A stretch of 64,000 nt of DNA from Carcharhinus amblyrhynchos (taxonomy: Eukaryota), in NCBI GenBank assembly GCA_965287045.1, contig OZ336871.1, positions 64,542,001 through 64,606,000 of the forward strand, in the 5' to 3' direction. This document shows, piece after piece, positions 1 through 14,072 of the stretch; position 1 is the first letter of the stretch; every line of letters starts with the position of its first letter. The translations under genes were made by a program, and so were the position numbers. Below the pieces are notes generated by a model. The model did not search any database and was not told the DNA's origin. It was given only the letters and a program-made list of their open reading frames with translations.

Positions 1-779
1 TGCAAGTTCAGGTCAAGGGTTGTTTTTCTGAGAGGGGTGATGGTAAATTTGAAGAAGGATAGAAAAGAAAAAATTGTTAATTGTGTTTTAAAACACTTTA
101 CATTATAAATAAACATAGGCATCAAGGAGCAAAATGGATGGTTAGGAGTTTCATGGGACAAGGGTTGAGAGTGCAATTTTTAGGCATTATGAACAGATTT
201 GAGGGAATGAGAAGAATAAGATAAATTAGATAAAGTGGAAGTTCAGGGTCAGTGCTGCGTGTTGGGAGAAGGATTAGGGTTAGGGTCACAGGCAGCTGGT
301 CAATGGTCTCAATATTAACATTAGATGCAGGGTTGAGGTAGATAACAAGATGTTGGGTAGTAAATTTGTTGTTAATATCCATGCACTTTAAATTGTCCTC
401 TTTTTGCTTAAAATATGGTGCCTGAACTGAGGATAAAGATCCACCAGTTTGAAATACAGACTGCAGTACACTGATCTATCATAGGAAATTGAGCCACTTG
501 GATATTATTATTCAACTTTCCAACTCAAGTTTTGAATTTTTTTCACCCTTGCTCCCCACAATTCCCATTGATTAATTTCTGTGAATGTCACAGGTTTCCG
601 TTTATATCAACTTTGTCTCCCAACATTGAAGGTTATTTTTTTCCTTTGTTATTAGTTTTAATCTTTTGTTAACCAATCTACTTTTATGCAGAACTCACAT
701 CTTTCCTCAGGCATTAACTATTTCTCCCCCATGCCCCAGTTTCTGTTCTTTATGTGAGTAAATGGTCAGCATTAGTGTG

Positions 780-3300
780 AAAATATAAAAATTCTAAACT
801 AATAGGTATGAATGGATTTCAGCATCCATATTTCTACTGCCTCACCAGCTTCATTATGACAACTTATTCCACAGGAACAAGTTTAACAATCATTTTTCAT
901 TTAATGTTTTCTCCCTCACCTCTCCATTTCTGTGTTAAATATTGCAATTTAAATAAATTCTGATTGAATTGTTTTGTCCAATGCCTGATTAGATGCCGTA
1001 TATCTGTTGCAAACATCTTTCCTGAAACCTATTTCAATATCTATTGCATTTGATTCATTCTTCTGACATATTTCCAATTAGCCATATGGTATGTCAACTT
1101 TTGGGTAGATTATATATCATGGAAGTGTTTCCCATTCCATTTGCAGTATATAGTTATTATATGGTCATTCACTTATTTAGGTGTCAGTGCATCTTATTAT
1201 TTATCAGAGAACAAAAATATTGCCAAATTAGGGTTGTGCTTCAAGACAAACCACAGCAACTGGCTCAGATGGGGTACCCAGACAAGCACTCAGGTCCTGT
1301 GTGGACCAGCTGGCAGTATTCACAGGCATCTTTAACCTCTCTTTACACCAATCTGAGATCTCCATCTGCATCAAGACGATGACCATCATCCCAGTACCAA
1401 AGAAAAGCCAGGCAGTGTGCCTTAACGAATATCGTCCAGTGACTCTGACATCCATCATTATGAAGTTCTCTGAAAGGTTAATCATTGGCATGAATCAATT
1501 CTGGCCTCCCAGAATGCCTGGATCCACTACAGTTCACCTATTGCCGCAACAGGTCCACAGTAAATGCCATCTCCCTGACCCAAAACTCAATCCTGGAACA
1601 CCCAGTTAACAAAGACACCTATGTATTGACTACAGCTCAGCCTTCAATATCATTATTCCTACAATACTCATCTCCAAACTCCATGGCCTGGGGCTCAGTT
1701 CCTCTGTCTATGACTGGATCCTGAACTTGCTAACCTACAGACCACAATCAGTAAGGATAGGCAACAATACCCCTGCCACGATCATCCTCAACACCGGTGC
1801 CCCACAAAGCTGTGTCCTCAGCTCCTTACTATATTCCTTATACACCTATGACTGTGTGGCCAACTTCCCCTCCAATTCAATTTTCAGGTTTGCTAATGAT
1901 ACCCACCATTGTGGGTTGGATTGCAAACAATGATGAGATGAAGTAGAGGAAAGAGACAGAGAATCTGGTGAACTGGTAAGCCAATAATCTTTCCCTCAAT
2001 GTCAACAAAACGAAGGAGATAGTCATTGACTTCAGGAAGCGTAGTAGAGGACATGCTCTTGTCTACATCAAAGGGGATGAAGTGGAAATGGTTGAGAGCT
2101 TCAAATTTCTAGGTGTACAAATCACACACAACCTGTCATGGTATCTCCATGCCAATGCTATAGTTAAGAAAGCCCACCAATGCTTCTACTTTCTCAGGGG
2201 GCTCAGGAAATTTGGCATGTCCACTAAGACTCTCACCAACTTTTACAGATACAACCAGAAAGAATGCTTTCTGTGGTGTATCACAGCATGGTACGGCTCC
2301 TGCTCTATCCAAGGCCACAAAAATCTATAAAGGCGAAACGAATGAAGCCCAATATCAAATAAATTAAATCAGTTAATCACACAAACCAGCCTCCCATTTA
2401 TTAATTCAGTTTCCTATTGCCTCAGTAAAGCCGCCACCATAATTAAGGAACCCATGCACCCTGGACATACTCACTCCCACCTTTTTCCATCTAGAAAAAG
2501 ATACAAAAGTCTGAGCTCACCTACCAACTGACTCAAAAACAGCTTCTTCCTTGCTGCCATCAGACCTTTGAATGGACCTTCTTTGTACTAAGTTAATCTT
2601 TCTCTACACTCTAGCTATGACTGTAACCCTACATTTTGCACTCTCTTCTTTCCTTCTCTACGTATGGTCTGCTTTGTAGAGAATAAGAAACAATACTTTT
2701 CAATGTGGACTAATACATGTGACAATAATAAATCAAATCAGTATTTATATCAATCATAAACTTTCAATTAAAAAAAAATACTGCTGATGATCTTGGTGCA
2801 CTGGATCAAAATGGATCCATGCTTTTGTGGTAATGTACTGTTATCAGAATTTTTAGAATTTATAAAAGAATGTTGTGTAGTTTGCAAATTAGTTGTAATA
2901 ATATATACTCATGTCTCATCAGCAACACCTATATTCCATGGAAGAATAAAAACAACTATTTTTAATGAATTCATGATCCAAACCACTGAGTTTCTTGGTT
3001 CATTTTTGCCAATCTTCTCAATGTCTCTCATCCTCCCCCGAAAATATCAATCCCTTCCTAGGGCACCATACTCCATACCACCAAGCTGGTAGGTTATTCA
3101 ATATGGTGGACATCACAGTTAAATCCAATCATGCTGTCATAATCAGGAAAATAAACACTGAGATTTTCCCATTCCTAATCTGTAACAATCATGTCAACAG
3201 AAGCATTTATATTGTATAATCAGCTGAAATCAGCAAAATTAGTAAAAACAGGAAATCAAATGCAAGTCAATCAGCAGAACCATTATTAGGATATTTTGCA
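780..3300 (-). mobile_element. Old degraded CR1-like LINE, interrupted by a Rex1-like element
   Basis: Minus-strand RT remnants on both sides of the insert: an FMIDIN-like segment at ~2741-2761 and an FSDK-like (FADD) segment at ~1197-1212. Confidence 0.4.
1235..2740 (+). mobile_element. Rex1/Babar-clade LINE, 5'-truncated and frameshifted RT
   Basis: ORF fragments [48 protein letters not shown] and VESFKFLGV..T..LSW; 3' end AATAATAAATCAAATCA. Confidence 0.8.
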
Positions 3301-6300
3301 ATAAGTATTTTTTTAAGAAAGCAGAATTTGACATCTTCAGCTATTAAACTCCAGATCAGGAGAAAGAAAACTTTGAGAAAACAGATATTTCTTCTCAGAA
3401 ATTTGGTCCCAGTGAAGCCCCCGCATCTGCAGGTTTTCAGAGACTCAGCTTAAACTCATTAATCTGTGGAAGTAGAAAATAACCATATGTGTAACTTCAA
3501 AGAAAACAAAGAACACATTGAGATAGAAGTAGATTACAGTCCATTCATGACAGTGCATGTCTTAACTGAGGGACTAGAGGCTGGGACATAATTGTACCTC
3601 TGGTCTTAACATTATTTGGCATCTCTACAGGCACTACATGCAGTTAGTTAAGCCCTATGGTGTTTGCAATAGCAATGGGGAAGCAATCACAAAGACCGTG
3701 GAATCAGGTAAGCATTCTTATTTCTCTTGATTTCACAGTAATGCTTTTCCTTTTAAAACCTTACATTTTGGTGGAGCTCACAGTGACCATTTAGGAATCC
3801 CAAGTGGAGCAGCACTGCCACGCGCTCCACTCATTCAAGTCAATTTCCCAGAAGGTTCCTAGAACAGGTGTGGAAAACTCAACACAAACTTGCCGTTGCT
3901 GATGCTATTTTATGCCTCCATACTTCACCTCCCCATCCCCTGAAACAGGAACAATGCATCCCACTTTCTAGACATTGTCTTTGGGAACTGTGGAAAATTT
4001 CAAAAGCAATCTATTCATATTTAAGTAGCTATTTGCCAAATGACATTTTAATAGTGTGAGCAACACTGGAAGCATAATGTTCCATTAGACTTTTGATAAT
4101 TTTCTTAAACATATCCTTATAACTTTCAGTCCGATTTTTAACTGGATAGTCAGCTGTGAGATTTTGAATGAATTAATCATCACAAAATTGATCGGACTAG
4201 ATGGTGGTCTATTCCACACATTGCGGTTTATTCATTTCATACTTGAGCTCAAGTTATGTAATCAGTGTTAACAATTTGGTTAGTGAATTTGCTATCATGT
4301 TTCCATCTCATTTTTTTCTGGTGCTAAGAAATTCAATTACTTTGCCCATAAAAAAATTGTAGGTACTAGAATCACCCACATGACAGACTCATTAATCCTT
4401 TCCAATGCATCATAATTTTGAATGTATGGTGTCCAAAATTACATACATTATTACAAATCTGATTTTAACAACAAATACCAATCATACAGAATTGAAATAA
4501 CCCATCTAATTTACAACTCTTGCATTTGTAGCTGTAATTTATTAGTCCAATTGACAATCATAAATGGAGCGAAACTTTCATACAATGCTGATAATCACCA
4601 ATTCTACTTTCCTTTTCCCACTTTGATGTTGGATGCCAATCCATTGTGTATGCATTTGATGTTTCTGGTCTAATGAACATTAACTTCACTGTTAATGTTC
4701 ATTAACAATGAAGTTATTGTTAACAATAAATTGTGGGTTCACGCCTCCACCAGACTTCAGTTCATAATTTAAGATCATTCTTTAATTTGGTCCTAGAGAG
4801 CTGTATTGCTAGAAATACTCATTAATTTAAAGCATTATTGTTAAGTTTCTATAAAGGTGAAGGTTAGTGTACAGATAATTTCTTTTCCACTTATCCAAGT
4901 GCATATTAAAATAGGTGAGCACTTAAATATTCTATGGCATTACTATGAACAGCTCTTCATAGAGTGAAGAACGGTCTCTTCACTACCTATGACACCAACA
5001 CTAGATAAACTCATCTTGTTGATGTCTGTGCAATCTTGACATGTGCAAAGCATTCTCAAGTTTGACTAAGAAGCAACAGTGGCTTCAACACTTAGAAATG
5101 GGATTGATAGATGAAATAAAGCGGGGTTAAAATGAATGGGATGGGTTCATGGAATTAGGACTACTTTTCCTGTGGAAGATAAACAACCACATGGGCTGGT
5201 TGGGCTGAAGGACCTGTCTCCATTTCTATGCAATTCACTGCATGGATCAATGAATTGTTTCAAAAGCTGTTTGATCCTTCTGCATCAAGATTCAATGGGC
5301 GTTCACGTTTGTAACAATGTTACTGATACAAAATCCAAGTTGGTAGATAAGCTTGCAACAAACACCAACGTGCAGAACTACATAATCTCTAAAGAAACAG
5401 ATGTTATTGCTATCCCTTAATTCTTAAGAAATCAATAATCTCAATTCAATTTCTGATAATAGCAGTAATTAACATAATTCAAATGTTCATTATGAACGAA
5501 TGTTTGTCAAAAGGTTTCAAGTCAGAATGGAGCTAAGAGAAACAATTTTGGAGTCATTTTGTAAATTTTGCTGTCACAAATCCATAAGGATTATTTATAG
5601 ATTTTTACATATATCTAATTGTTTTTAAAAAATTTTTGTTCACAGCTAAGACCCGCATGATTGTTAAAATATTCACCCCATTTTCACATATCAATAAAGG
5701 TTAACTTTAGGAATTGTTCTCCTTACAGATAATGAAACCAAAGCTTTCTGTTAACTTTTTAATCTTTAAGGCTTTTTAATAATTTACAAAATAGATTAAT
5801 TTAATTTTATATAATGAAGTGAATTTTCTCATGTTTTTAAAGCATTTAAATGCTGATCTGTTCATTCTAAACATCCATAAAAATCATACACTTTAAAACA
5901 CAATGCTGCAACTTTTAGTTTACATAGTGATACATTTCAAAACACTACAGGAAACCATATGATAACTAACCATTTGAACAATAAAACTTATAATTTAACT
6001 AAAATTAGTAAGCAACAATTCAACCACTATTTCAGCAAGTGTACAATTTGTTTGAACTCAAGGGAAATATTTTATGATTTTGAAATTCGGAATAATATCT
6101 CAAAGAATGATAGAAGCAAATTCAATAGTAACTTTGAAAAGGGAACTGGATATGGAACGGGAGATTGGGGCTAATTAGATAGCTCTTTCAAACAGTTGCA
6201 CAGGCATGAAGGATTAATAGCCTCCTGTATGATTCTCTTTAGAAATATAAAATTATGAACTAAAATTGTGAAAATTCTTCAAGAAGCTGAAAGACTTGAT

Positions 6301-7034
6301 CAATGTTAACCTTAACCAAATAATACAGAAGTTCAGACAAAAATGTGATTTTAGAAAATTTAATAGGAAACTTCCTCAACAAACTCATTTTTTTTTACAA
6401 ACTAAATGTTTTGTCATGAGAACGTACATTTAGACTTTCTCTTCAAATTAATCTATAGTGAGGAGAATTGATTCCGCCCCCCTCCCCCCCCCCCATATAT
6501 TTATTATTGATGCAGCAACACACAGAGTGTGTGGGGACAGGGGCAGGCAGACATGATCCTTGCTCTCTGAAGCTATGTTATTTTGAAAAGATACAGAACA
6601 GAACCAAACACTTCTTCAAAGGAGTAGAGGAGTATTGAAAGGGGTGTTATTAGAACTTTTGGCCATCCCCTGACAACTGTCTTCAGATGTGTTTGGTGAA
6701 CGTCTGGAACCCTGTCATATACTGTATTTCAGATGCAGGTGCAAATAGGGTCCAGTTAAAAGGTGTGACAACTAACCCAAACAATGAAGAAATATACGGC
6801 GAAAACTTAACATCATTCATCTTAAGAAGCAGATTATTCATCCATATTTCAAATAAAACAAATAGAATTTGTGACTCTCAATAGAAAGACTTATATGCAT
6901 TTCTCAGACTCTTACCAATTTAGAAACTATAAAAACGTTTATGATTAGCATTAAGTATAGGAGCTATAGGAAGGCACTACAAATATTTGATTAATTTGCT
7001 ATCTGCCCTTCTTTAACTGAATGTAACAATTGCG

Positions 7035-7280
7035 AGATAAAAGCAAAAAACTACGAATGCTGGATAACTGAAATAAAAGCAGAAAGTGCTGGAAATGCTC
7101 AGCAGGTATTGTAGCATCCATGGATAGAGAAATAGAATTAACATCTTGACTCAAATGAGTCCCCTTAAGAACTGAGAGATTCTGAAGAAGTCATATTTGA
7201 TTCAAAATACTAACTGTTTCTCTCTCCACAGATGCTACCAGACCTACTGACCAGTTTTAGAATTTTCTGCTTTTAGTCTG
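7035..7280. mobile_element. Palindromic non-autonomous element, probably Penelope-derived
   Basis: Imperfect inverted arms AAAAGCAGAAAGTGCTGGAAATGCTCAGCAGG..AGCATC and GATGCT..CCTACTGA..TTTTCTGCTTTT; degenerate hammerhead core CTGAAGA at 7182-7188. Confidence 0.6.
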
Positions 7281-7729
7281 AACATTCTGATCTCTCAATT
7301 ATCTTCAGATTTCTTTCCTTCCCTCCACTGCAGTCAGACTTCCTTTGTCCTGTCTACAATGCCTGGTTATTCTAAATAATTTTGACCATATTCCCTCTCT
7401 TTGTACACATAGTTTGAAATAACCAGCCCCAATTTAGTCTCTCTGCTGTCTATCGTGCACCTATCTGATCTCCCAAGAAAGCCCTTTTCTATCTCCAGAC
7501 TTATCTAGCACGGTTATTGATTTTGCTACTGTGGCACTACACCAGTTGCTACTATTGCATTGCTATTTCATACCAAGAAACTTTTAAAAAATTTGAACAA
7601 TGATAAAAATTAATTTAAAAATCATCTTAATATATTGTTTTTCATCAAGACGTTTTTTAAAGAAAAGTTGTTTGGATAATAATGTTAGATATCTTAGTGA
7701 TGAGCTATTTAAGTTTTTTACAAACGAAA

Positions 7730-8010
7730 ATAATTGAGAAATGAAAACAGTAAAAGACAATGAAGAATACAAAAAATGCTAACATGGTAGAAGTGCTTAG
7801 ATTAAAGTAAGAAAAGGAAAAGTATAAATAAATTGCGAAATTAACAAAAAGAAAATAAGGTGAAGAAAAAAAGCCCAAACAGTTGTAGGAAAGAACACAA
7901 ATAAAGGAAATATTTAAAGAAGGAAAACATAGGAAATGCACAAAAAGGAATACACGCATAAACACAGAAATAAATGAGTGGAGTGAAATGCCATTAAAAA
8001 TGGACAATTC
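7730..8010 (+). repeat. A/G-rich low-complexity tract
   Basis: Strong purine (A) strand bias with no fixed repeat unit. Confidence 0.6.
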
Positions 8011-11000
8011 ATAAATAAAGACACCTATTAAATGTAATTTGACAGAAAACATGTTTTGGATTTATTTCAAAAGTTGATTTTAAAAACTAAATTTTCTTTC
8101 ACCATATCAATTAAAACATGATTTATTTTCCTTCAGAATTGTGACACAAACCAAGTATGCAAGTTTAGTTTCCTGCATTTTTTTTTGGTGATGAGTCAAT
8201 AGGCATCATCTTGTAATGTCCATTGAAGTACTAAGTCAACAGGCTAGGCATCACATTGTAATATCCAATGAGGTACTAAACAACAAGTAAAATTTATTCA
8301 ATCTTGGGGAATATTAACATTGACACTTTACATTTGCTTCATTTTTTAACTAAAGCATTGAAAATGTTAATTAATGGGATAATTGCAGAAAACTTTACCA
8401 AAAAGGAATACAATTCTTTTATATTTAACATTTCATTTCAAGAATTCTTAAATTCAAATGTTGAAATGAGGACTAAAAATTTTAATACTATCATGATCAT
8501 TTAGAATAGCTAGACAATATTCTTATTAAGAGAAACTTGAATTTTTTTTTTGAGAATACGAGGATAACTTATCTTGCAATATTAATTATAGATTTGGACC
8601 ATATAATTTTCATGTATTTTGAATAATTATTTGAAGTCATTGATTTCACATACCAATATCTTACTTCAAAACATGAATATACTTTTATTTGGTGTATAAT
8701 GCAACAGATGGATAAAGGTATTGATTATTACAATCTATACTGTGCATTCTGATCTCAAAACTCACATTGCTCAGTGCACACACAACCTCAGTCTGTTTGC
8801 TCGACATTTCACTAGAAACTTCAGAATCTGGTTTACAATGAACAATTCAATAGTTCTATAATTGTGAAAACAATTACAAAATGATCAGTAAAGTTAATTA
8901 GGTAACTTCATAATTCATGATTTAAAAGTTATGAGTAAGGAAAGCAAAAGCCCCATTGGACAACAAAATGCGTACCAATTTTGGATAACATTAGAAGAAA
9001 ACCTTAATTCTACTGAATCTTATATACAAACATGACACTATCTTAATTTTATCAATTTCTAATTGTCTTTAGAATCAAAAGTAAAATCAAGTTCGATTAA
9101 TCAAACCTAATTTGATGTTTAGACCTAAACCAGTTTATACAGTTAACAATGTACCAATTATACATTCAGATCATAAGTCAAAATTTGGTATTACAGATAT
9201 CAATATGTCATCATAATATCTAGTTGTATTATTTCTTAAAATGAAAAGATTTTTCATGTCTCTACGGAGGAGGCACAAAGAAAACTAAGAGAACAAATCT
9301 GATTTTTATCCTGATGAAAAACATTCCAAATAATTTCAAACTATTTTTCCATCAAACATTTTGAGAATTTCCTAATGATGCAGTATTAAATAGACCATGG
9401 AGCTTTGATAAACAGTTTCAATAATCTATAATTATTTATCATGCAGTCAATATATTTATAATACCACTTTTTCATAAGTGGGGAAAGCAAATATGCTGCG
9501 ATGTACAATGCTTACAACACCTTAAATTATAAAATTAATTTATTTCAGAGTTGTTGAAATTCTGTAGAACATTAACTGATTAATTTATATATTAAAGAGT
9601 AAATCAATTATCAAAAATACCCTAGCTACAATAAATTAGAATTAGACTTTTAACCACAAGTATAACTGCTTATAATGTGCAATTTTCACCCCCCCCCCCC
9701 CCAATCAGGTTTATTAATTTCCATTTCATTTATCCTCATGCAATATTGGTTTAAACAGTGGGGCATTTTAAGGAATTGCACTTTTTATCGTTAGGAGAGA
9801 CTACAATATCTACTCAATTAATATATTTCTCAAAACAAACTTACATGTGTTCTAGTGAAAAAAGGGTTTGTCAATTCAATATTTTAAGTATTGATTTTAA
9901 AAGATTATGGATAAAATTCAAACTGTACTAACAAAAGATTTTCAGAAATTTGTATATGGCTTTAATCGCAAGTTCTTGGTTTCTACTTTTTTTTTAAATC
10001 TTAGAGGGTAGCTCCCCCATTTTGAATGTATTTTTTAAATAGAAAACAAGATTGCAACTTGTTTGTCACTATATTGAATGCACATTTTATATATTCCAAC
10101 ATTGAGGCATTATAACATTCTGGTATTAGTTTAAGATAATTGAAAGTTGAAAATAAGGACTTTTTCTGATCAACTAGTTAATATCTTTCATTTTCAAATG
10201 AAAATGATAAACTATAATCACAATTTAAAAGTAACATGTTGTTAAAAGTTTAGATTTGCTATCAGTTTTTGATCATTTCAAATGAGATACATTGACACCT
10301 TTGGTATTTAAACCTGATTCAAGTTGAGTCGATGATTATGGGAAATGCAGAGAAAGCCTTAAGGAACTGTAGAGTTTGAACCAACTACTGGTAGAACAAA
10401 GATTGAAAATAGATACCACTGCTACAATGAAACATATCAAACTAGTTTTTCTCTTCTCTGCCACAAAATAAGCTTCTACAAAGTGTCAGAGTTTGGATAT
10501 TTATGATCTGTTCATTCTGTATTTATTAACTTTGCACCAGGCAATTTTTGGTAACAATTTTTTAACAATGCAGCTCCTATAAGGTCCTACTTTCCAGTTG
10601 CCCCTCCCCCATTTTGGATCGCCCTTTATTTAAAGTGGTGCTCGAATTGATCATTTAATATGGTAACCAAATTAAGTCGATATTTTCATATTTTTGCGTG
10701 CTTTCTAAACATATGAAACATGTTATTTGCTCTCTCCACGGCAGTCATTTTGCACAATGACCCTAATTCCAAGTACAATAATTACATAGATTAAATATTC
10801 AATTGGATCACCAGATTAAGGATAGTTTTTCTTGGCTATTCTCAAATACATTGTGTGCAGCAAATGCAATTATTTTACAACATACTTTTTAAATTACACC
10901 AATAAATCATACCTCCATTACGCTTGGAACAAAACAAAAGCCCATCCTTTACGGCTAATCGATATATTTTAAACTTTGCGACGACTGTTACAAATTCCCA

Positions 11001-12119
11001 GAAAAAAATATTATTGGGCAAACGGAATATACCATCGAAACAGAAGATTTAGCAAGAGTCAACGTGAACGAAATGTATTTTAATTGCACGTTTTAGCTCA
11101 ATTTTAAATATATAAAAACGTGATATGCGCTAAAGCACCGCATATTATCTAGTCAATTAAAGTAGACAGCTCCAATCATGAGGAATGATCGCAAAATATA
11201 AATTAATTTATTAACGATTATTTGCTTTTCATCGGGAGGCTTCCTCCCTCACGCCGGGTATCGTTAGCCATGTCGCTAAAGGGCGCTTTAGCTTTAAACA
11301 ATTTTAAATCGGCAATACCAAATTTCTTACATTCGCGCCTGCCAACAAAGAAAAGGAAACGGGCTTTGAATCTCGGATGTACATTTTTCGTTCGTTCTCA
11401 ACACTTCCGCCAGCGAAGTTGTGCAATGTGAATTTTGTTCACTAATTTTCCTCCCCTCGCCACAAAAACGCTCCATTTAAAAAAAAGAAATTTGCACGGA
11501 AAGCGATTCGGCACGCGTTGTTAACAAACAGACCGGATTCACTACTTTTAACAAACTTACTCCAGTACATCTGTGGGCAAACGTTAAAACCAACAACCTT
11601 TCAAAGACAAAAGACCCTTAGTTCCAATATTTTAAAACGGCAACGTTGTCTTGTATGAACAACAGTGATGTAGGCTTCTTAGCTCGAATTGAATAAGAAA
11701 GCGGCGAAACTGCTAAAACTTTCACAAGATCTTTTTTTCGACCAGAATTTCGATGCGATCGTGTGAATTGTCCTTTTTGGTGGGGTCCCACCACCAGTCA
11801 AAATCTGGGGATGAAGACACACGGACAAAAACGTAGCTTGAAGATTTTGACATTTAAAAAAAATACGCCTTATTTATTAAGGAGCAGCCATTGCAACGTT
11901 TCAGTTTGTGGTGGCGACGCGTTATACATCTGAACGTAGTGTCCTTTCTACATTATTCAGCTTCAACGGGGGAGGGGGGAGAAGAACAGGATGGGTAGAT
12001 CATTAAGAAAATACCCTCCCCTTCCCCCCCTCCGCTAACCAACCAACCACCCCCCCCATTGCCACCATCATCAGCAACTCGCGCAACCACTACATTGGGG
12101 GAACTGCAGCAGTCAGGAG

Positions 12120-12450
12120 AATTTTCGCGCCATTGCCCTTGTAAATGGCAGCTTGATTTAAACCAATGAATGAAATTCGCAAGCAGAGAGAAAAAAAAAC
12201 TTGGTCAATGGTAGCGAGGCTGAAGACGCTTGATAGGGTCTAAGAGTCGGGCTGTGTGCGAATGGGAAGGCAGAAGGAAAAGGGGGGGATGGGGGAAAAA
12301 AGAGCGCTCCAACAACTGTTATTCCACAATCGGTATGTTTCTCCGATTGTTAGTGTAAAGCTTGCCCCTCCTCCCCCTCTCCCCCAGTATCTTTGAATAG
12401 CTGGCATTCCTCACGTGAGAAGTTGATGTGTAGTTTGACCACGTGGCTCA
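12120..12450 (+). promoter_or_regulatory. Proximal promoter motif cluster
   Basis: E2F-type TTTCGCGC (12123-12130), CCAAT (12163-12167), TCF/LEF-type CTTTGAA (12391-12397), TEAD-type CATTCC (12405-12410), and two palindromic E-boxes, TCACGTGA (12411-12418) and CCACGTGG (12439-12446). Motif matches only. Confidence 0.55.
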
Positions 12451-12618
12451 TTCAGCCGGAATATTCAGGGATTTTTTGAAGCTGCATTTTATTCAGAGGC
12501 GGTGCTACTAGTAACGTGCGGTGTGACATTTTCACAGCCTGTTTGCGAAAGGGGTTTTGGGGGAAAGACAAAAAAATAGTTTTTTTTCTCTCTACAGCCC
12601 GCCATTCTAGACTGCTAA

Positions 12619-12957
<339 letters not shown>

Positions 12958-14011
12958 TAACTCAATCCCATGCACTCCCCAATGTGATCTCAAGTTTTGA
13001 GGCTAAAGAGCCGTGAACCTTGTTTGGTGCGAGGCCTAAAAGCAGCTTCTTGCGCACCACTTTCGCACAAACTGAACTGGGAGTGGGTGGAGGAGGAGGA
13101 GGGGGAAGGCTGTTTACTCCCGAGTGTTTCATAAATATCCATTTCCACACTCCCTACTTCCCGCCACACTTTCTTCAGACGTTCGCTGAAGGAATTGGGG
13201 ATTTTCCTTCTATCCTATAATCTAATTTGGATTAAATGTACACATTTTTAGTGGACCCCGGTCTATGCCGCCTCTGCACGCGGTCTTTTTTCCCCCTTCC
13301 TGCTCTGTTTAATGATTATAGCTCCCAGTGGCTTTTAGCAGTAACTAAACCAGGATACATTCTGCACGGGGATGCTTTTATGATTTGCTCATTCCTTATT
13401 TAAACTGGAGCAGCGGTTTACCGGGGGGGGGGGCGATATTGGGAGAATGCAGCCCGGGTCGCTGCACCTTCTCTTTAATTGTAGGCCTTTAGCTCGGAGC
13501 CACCATTCAAATCAATGTTTGCTTGAGACAGGAACGCGTTCTTCAAATTTTCTACTGCACTAAATACAAATAGAAGCAAAAGCTCCCTATCCAAAGACCT
13601 TCGACACTATCAATTTTATTTTCGTTCGTTTCGTCCCGAAAGCGCGAATGCGTTTCCAGTCGGCCATACTGAGTCCCCAAAAGTGTCCTTTAGGACTCGA
13701 CCACTAGAAACATGGCTGAAAATTAGGGTTATAGAACAATTGAGACACGACTTGATTTTGTTTTTAAAAATTATTTTAAAAATACACCTATTCACATCAG
13801 TTTTAGGAGGGGTTGCGGTTTACTGGTTTCCTCACATTTACACTGAAATTTCTTGTCAGTCGGAGCCCGAGATTTCTAAACGTTAGTGTGTCCTTGCAAG
13901 TTGGTCAGACACGCATCAACTTAAACGTTTAGGATCGACGCACTAAAAGCGGTCAGTTTTGGATGTTTGAAGTGTTTAACACGCACCCTTGTATTTTATG
14001 TATTGCCTCAG

Positions 14012-14072
14012 GTAAAGTGGAGCTGCACGGGAAATCTATCGAAGTGGAACATTCCGTCCCTAAACGACAAAG
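14012..14072 (+). CDS. IGF2BP3: IGF2BP3 coding exon 2 (end of RRM1)
   Basis: Acceptor TGCCTCAG| and donor AAG|GTAAAA; 61 nt, in phase with exon 1; encodes (G)KVELHGKSIEVEHSVPKRQ(R). Confidence 0.93.

Noticed and set aside
274-285. TTAGGG x2 telomeric repeat
   Set aside because: Only two units in purine-rich sequence; expected by chance.
7705-8052. Hydrophobic 115-aa ORF resembling a membrane protein
   Set aside because: Artefact of translating the T-rich strand of a low-complexity tract.
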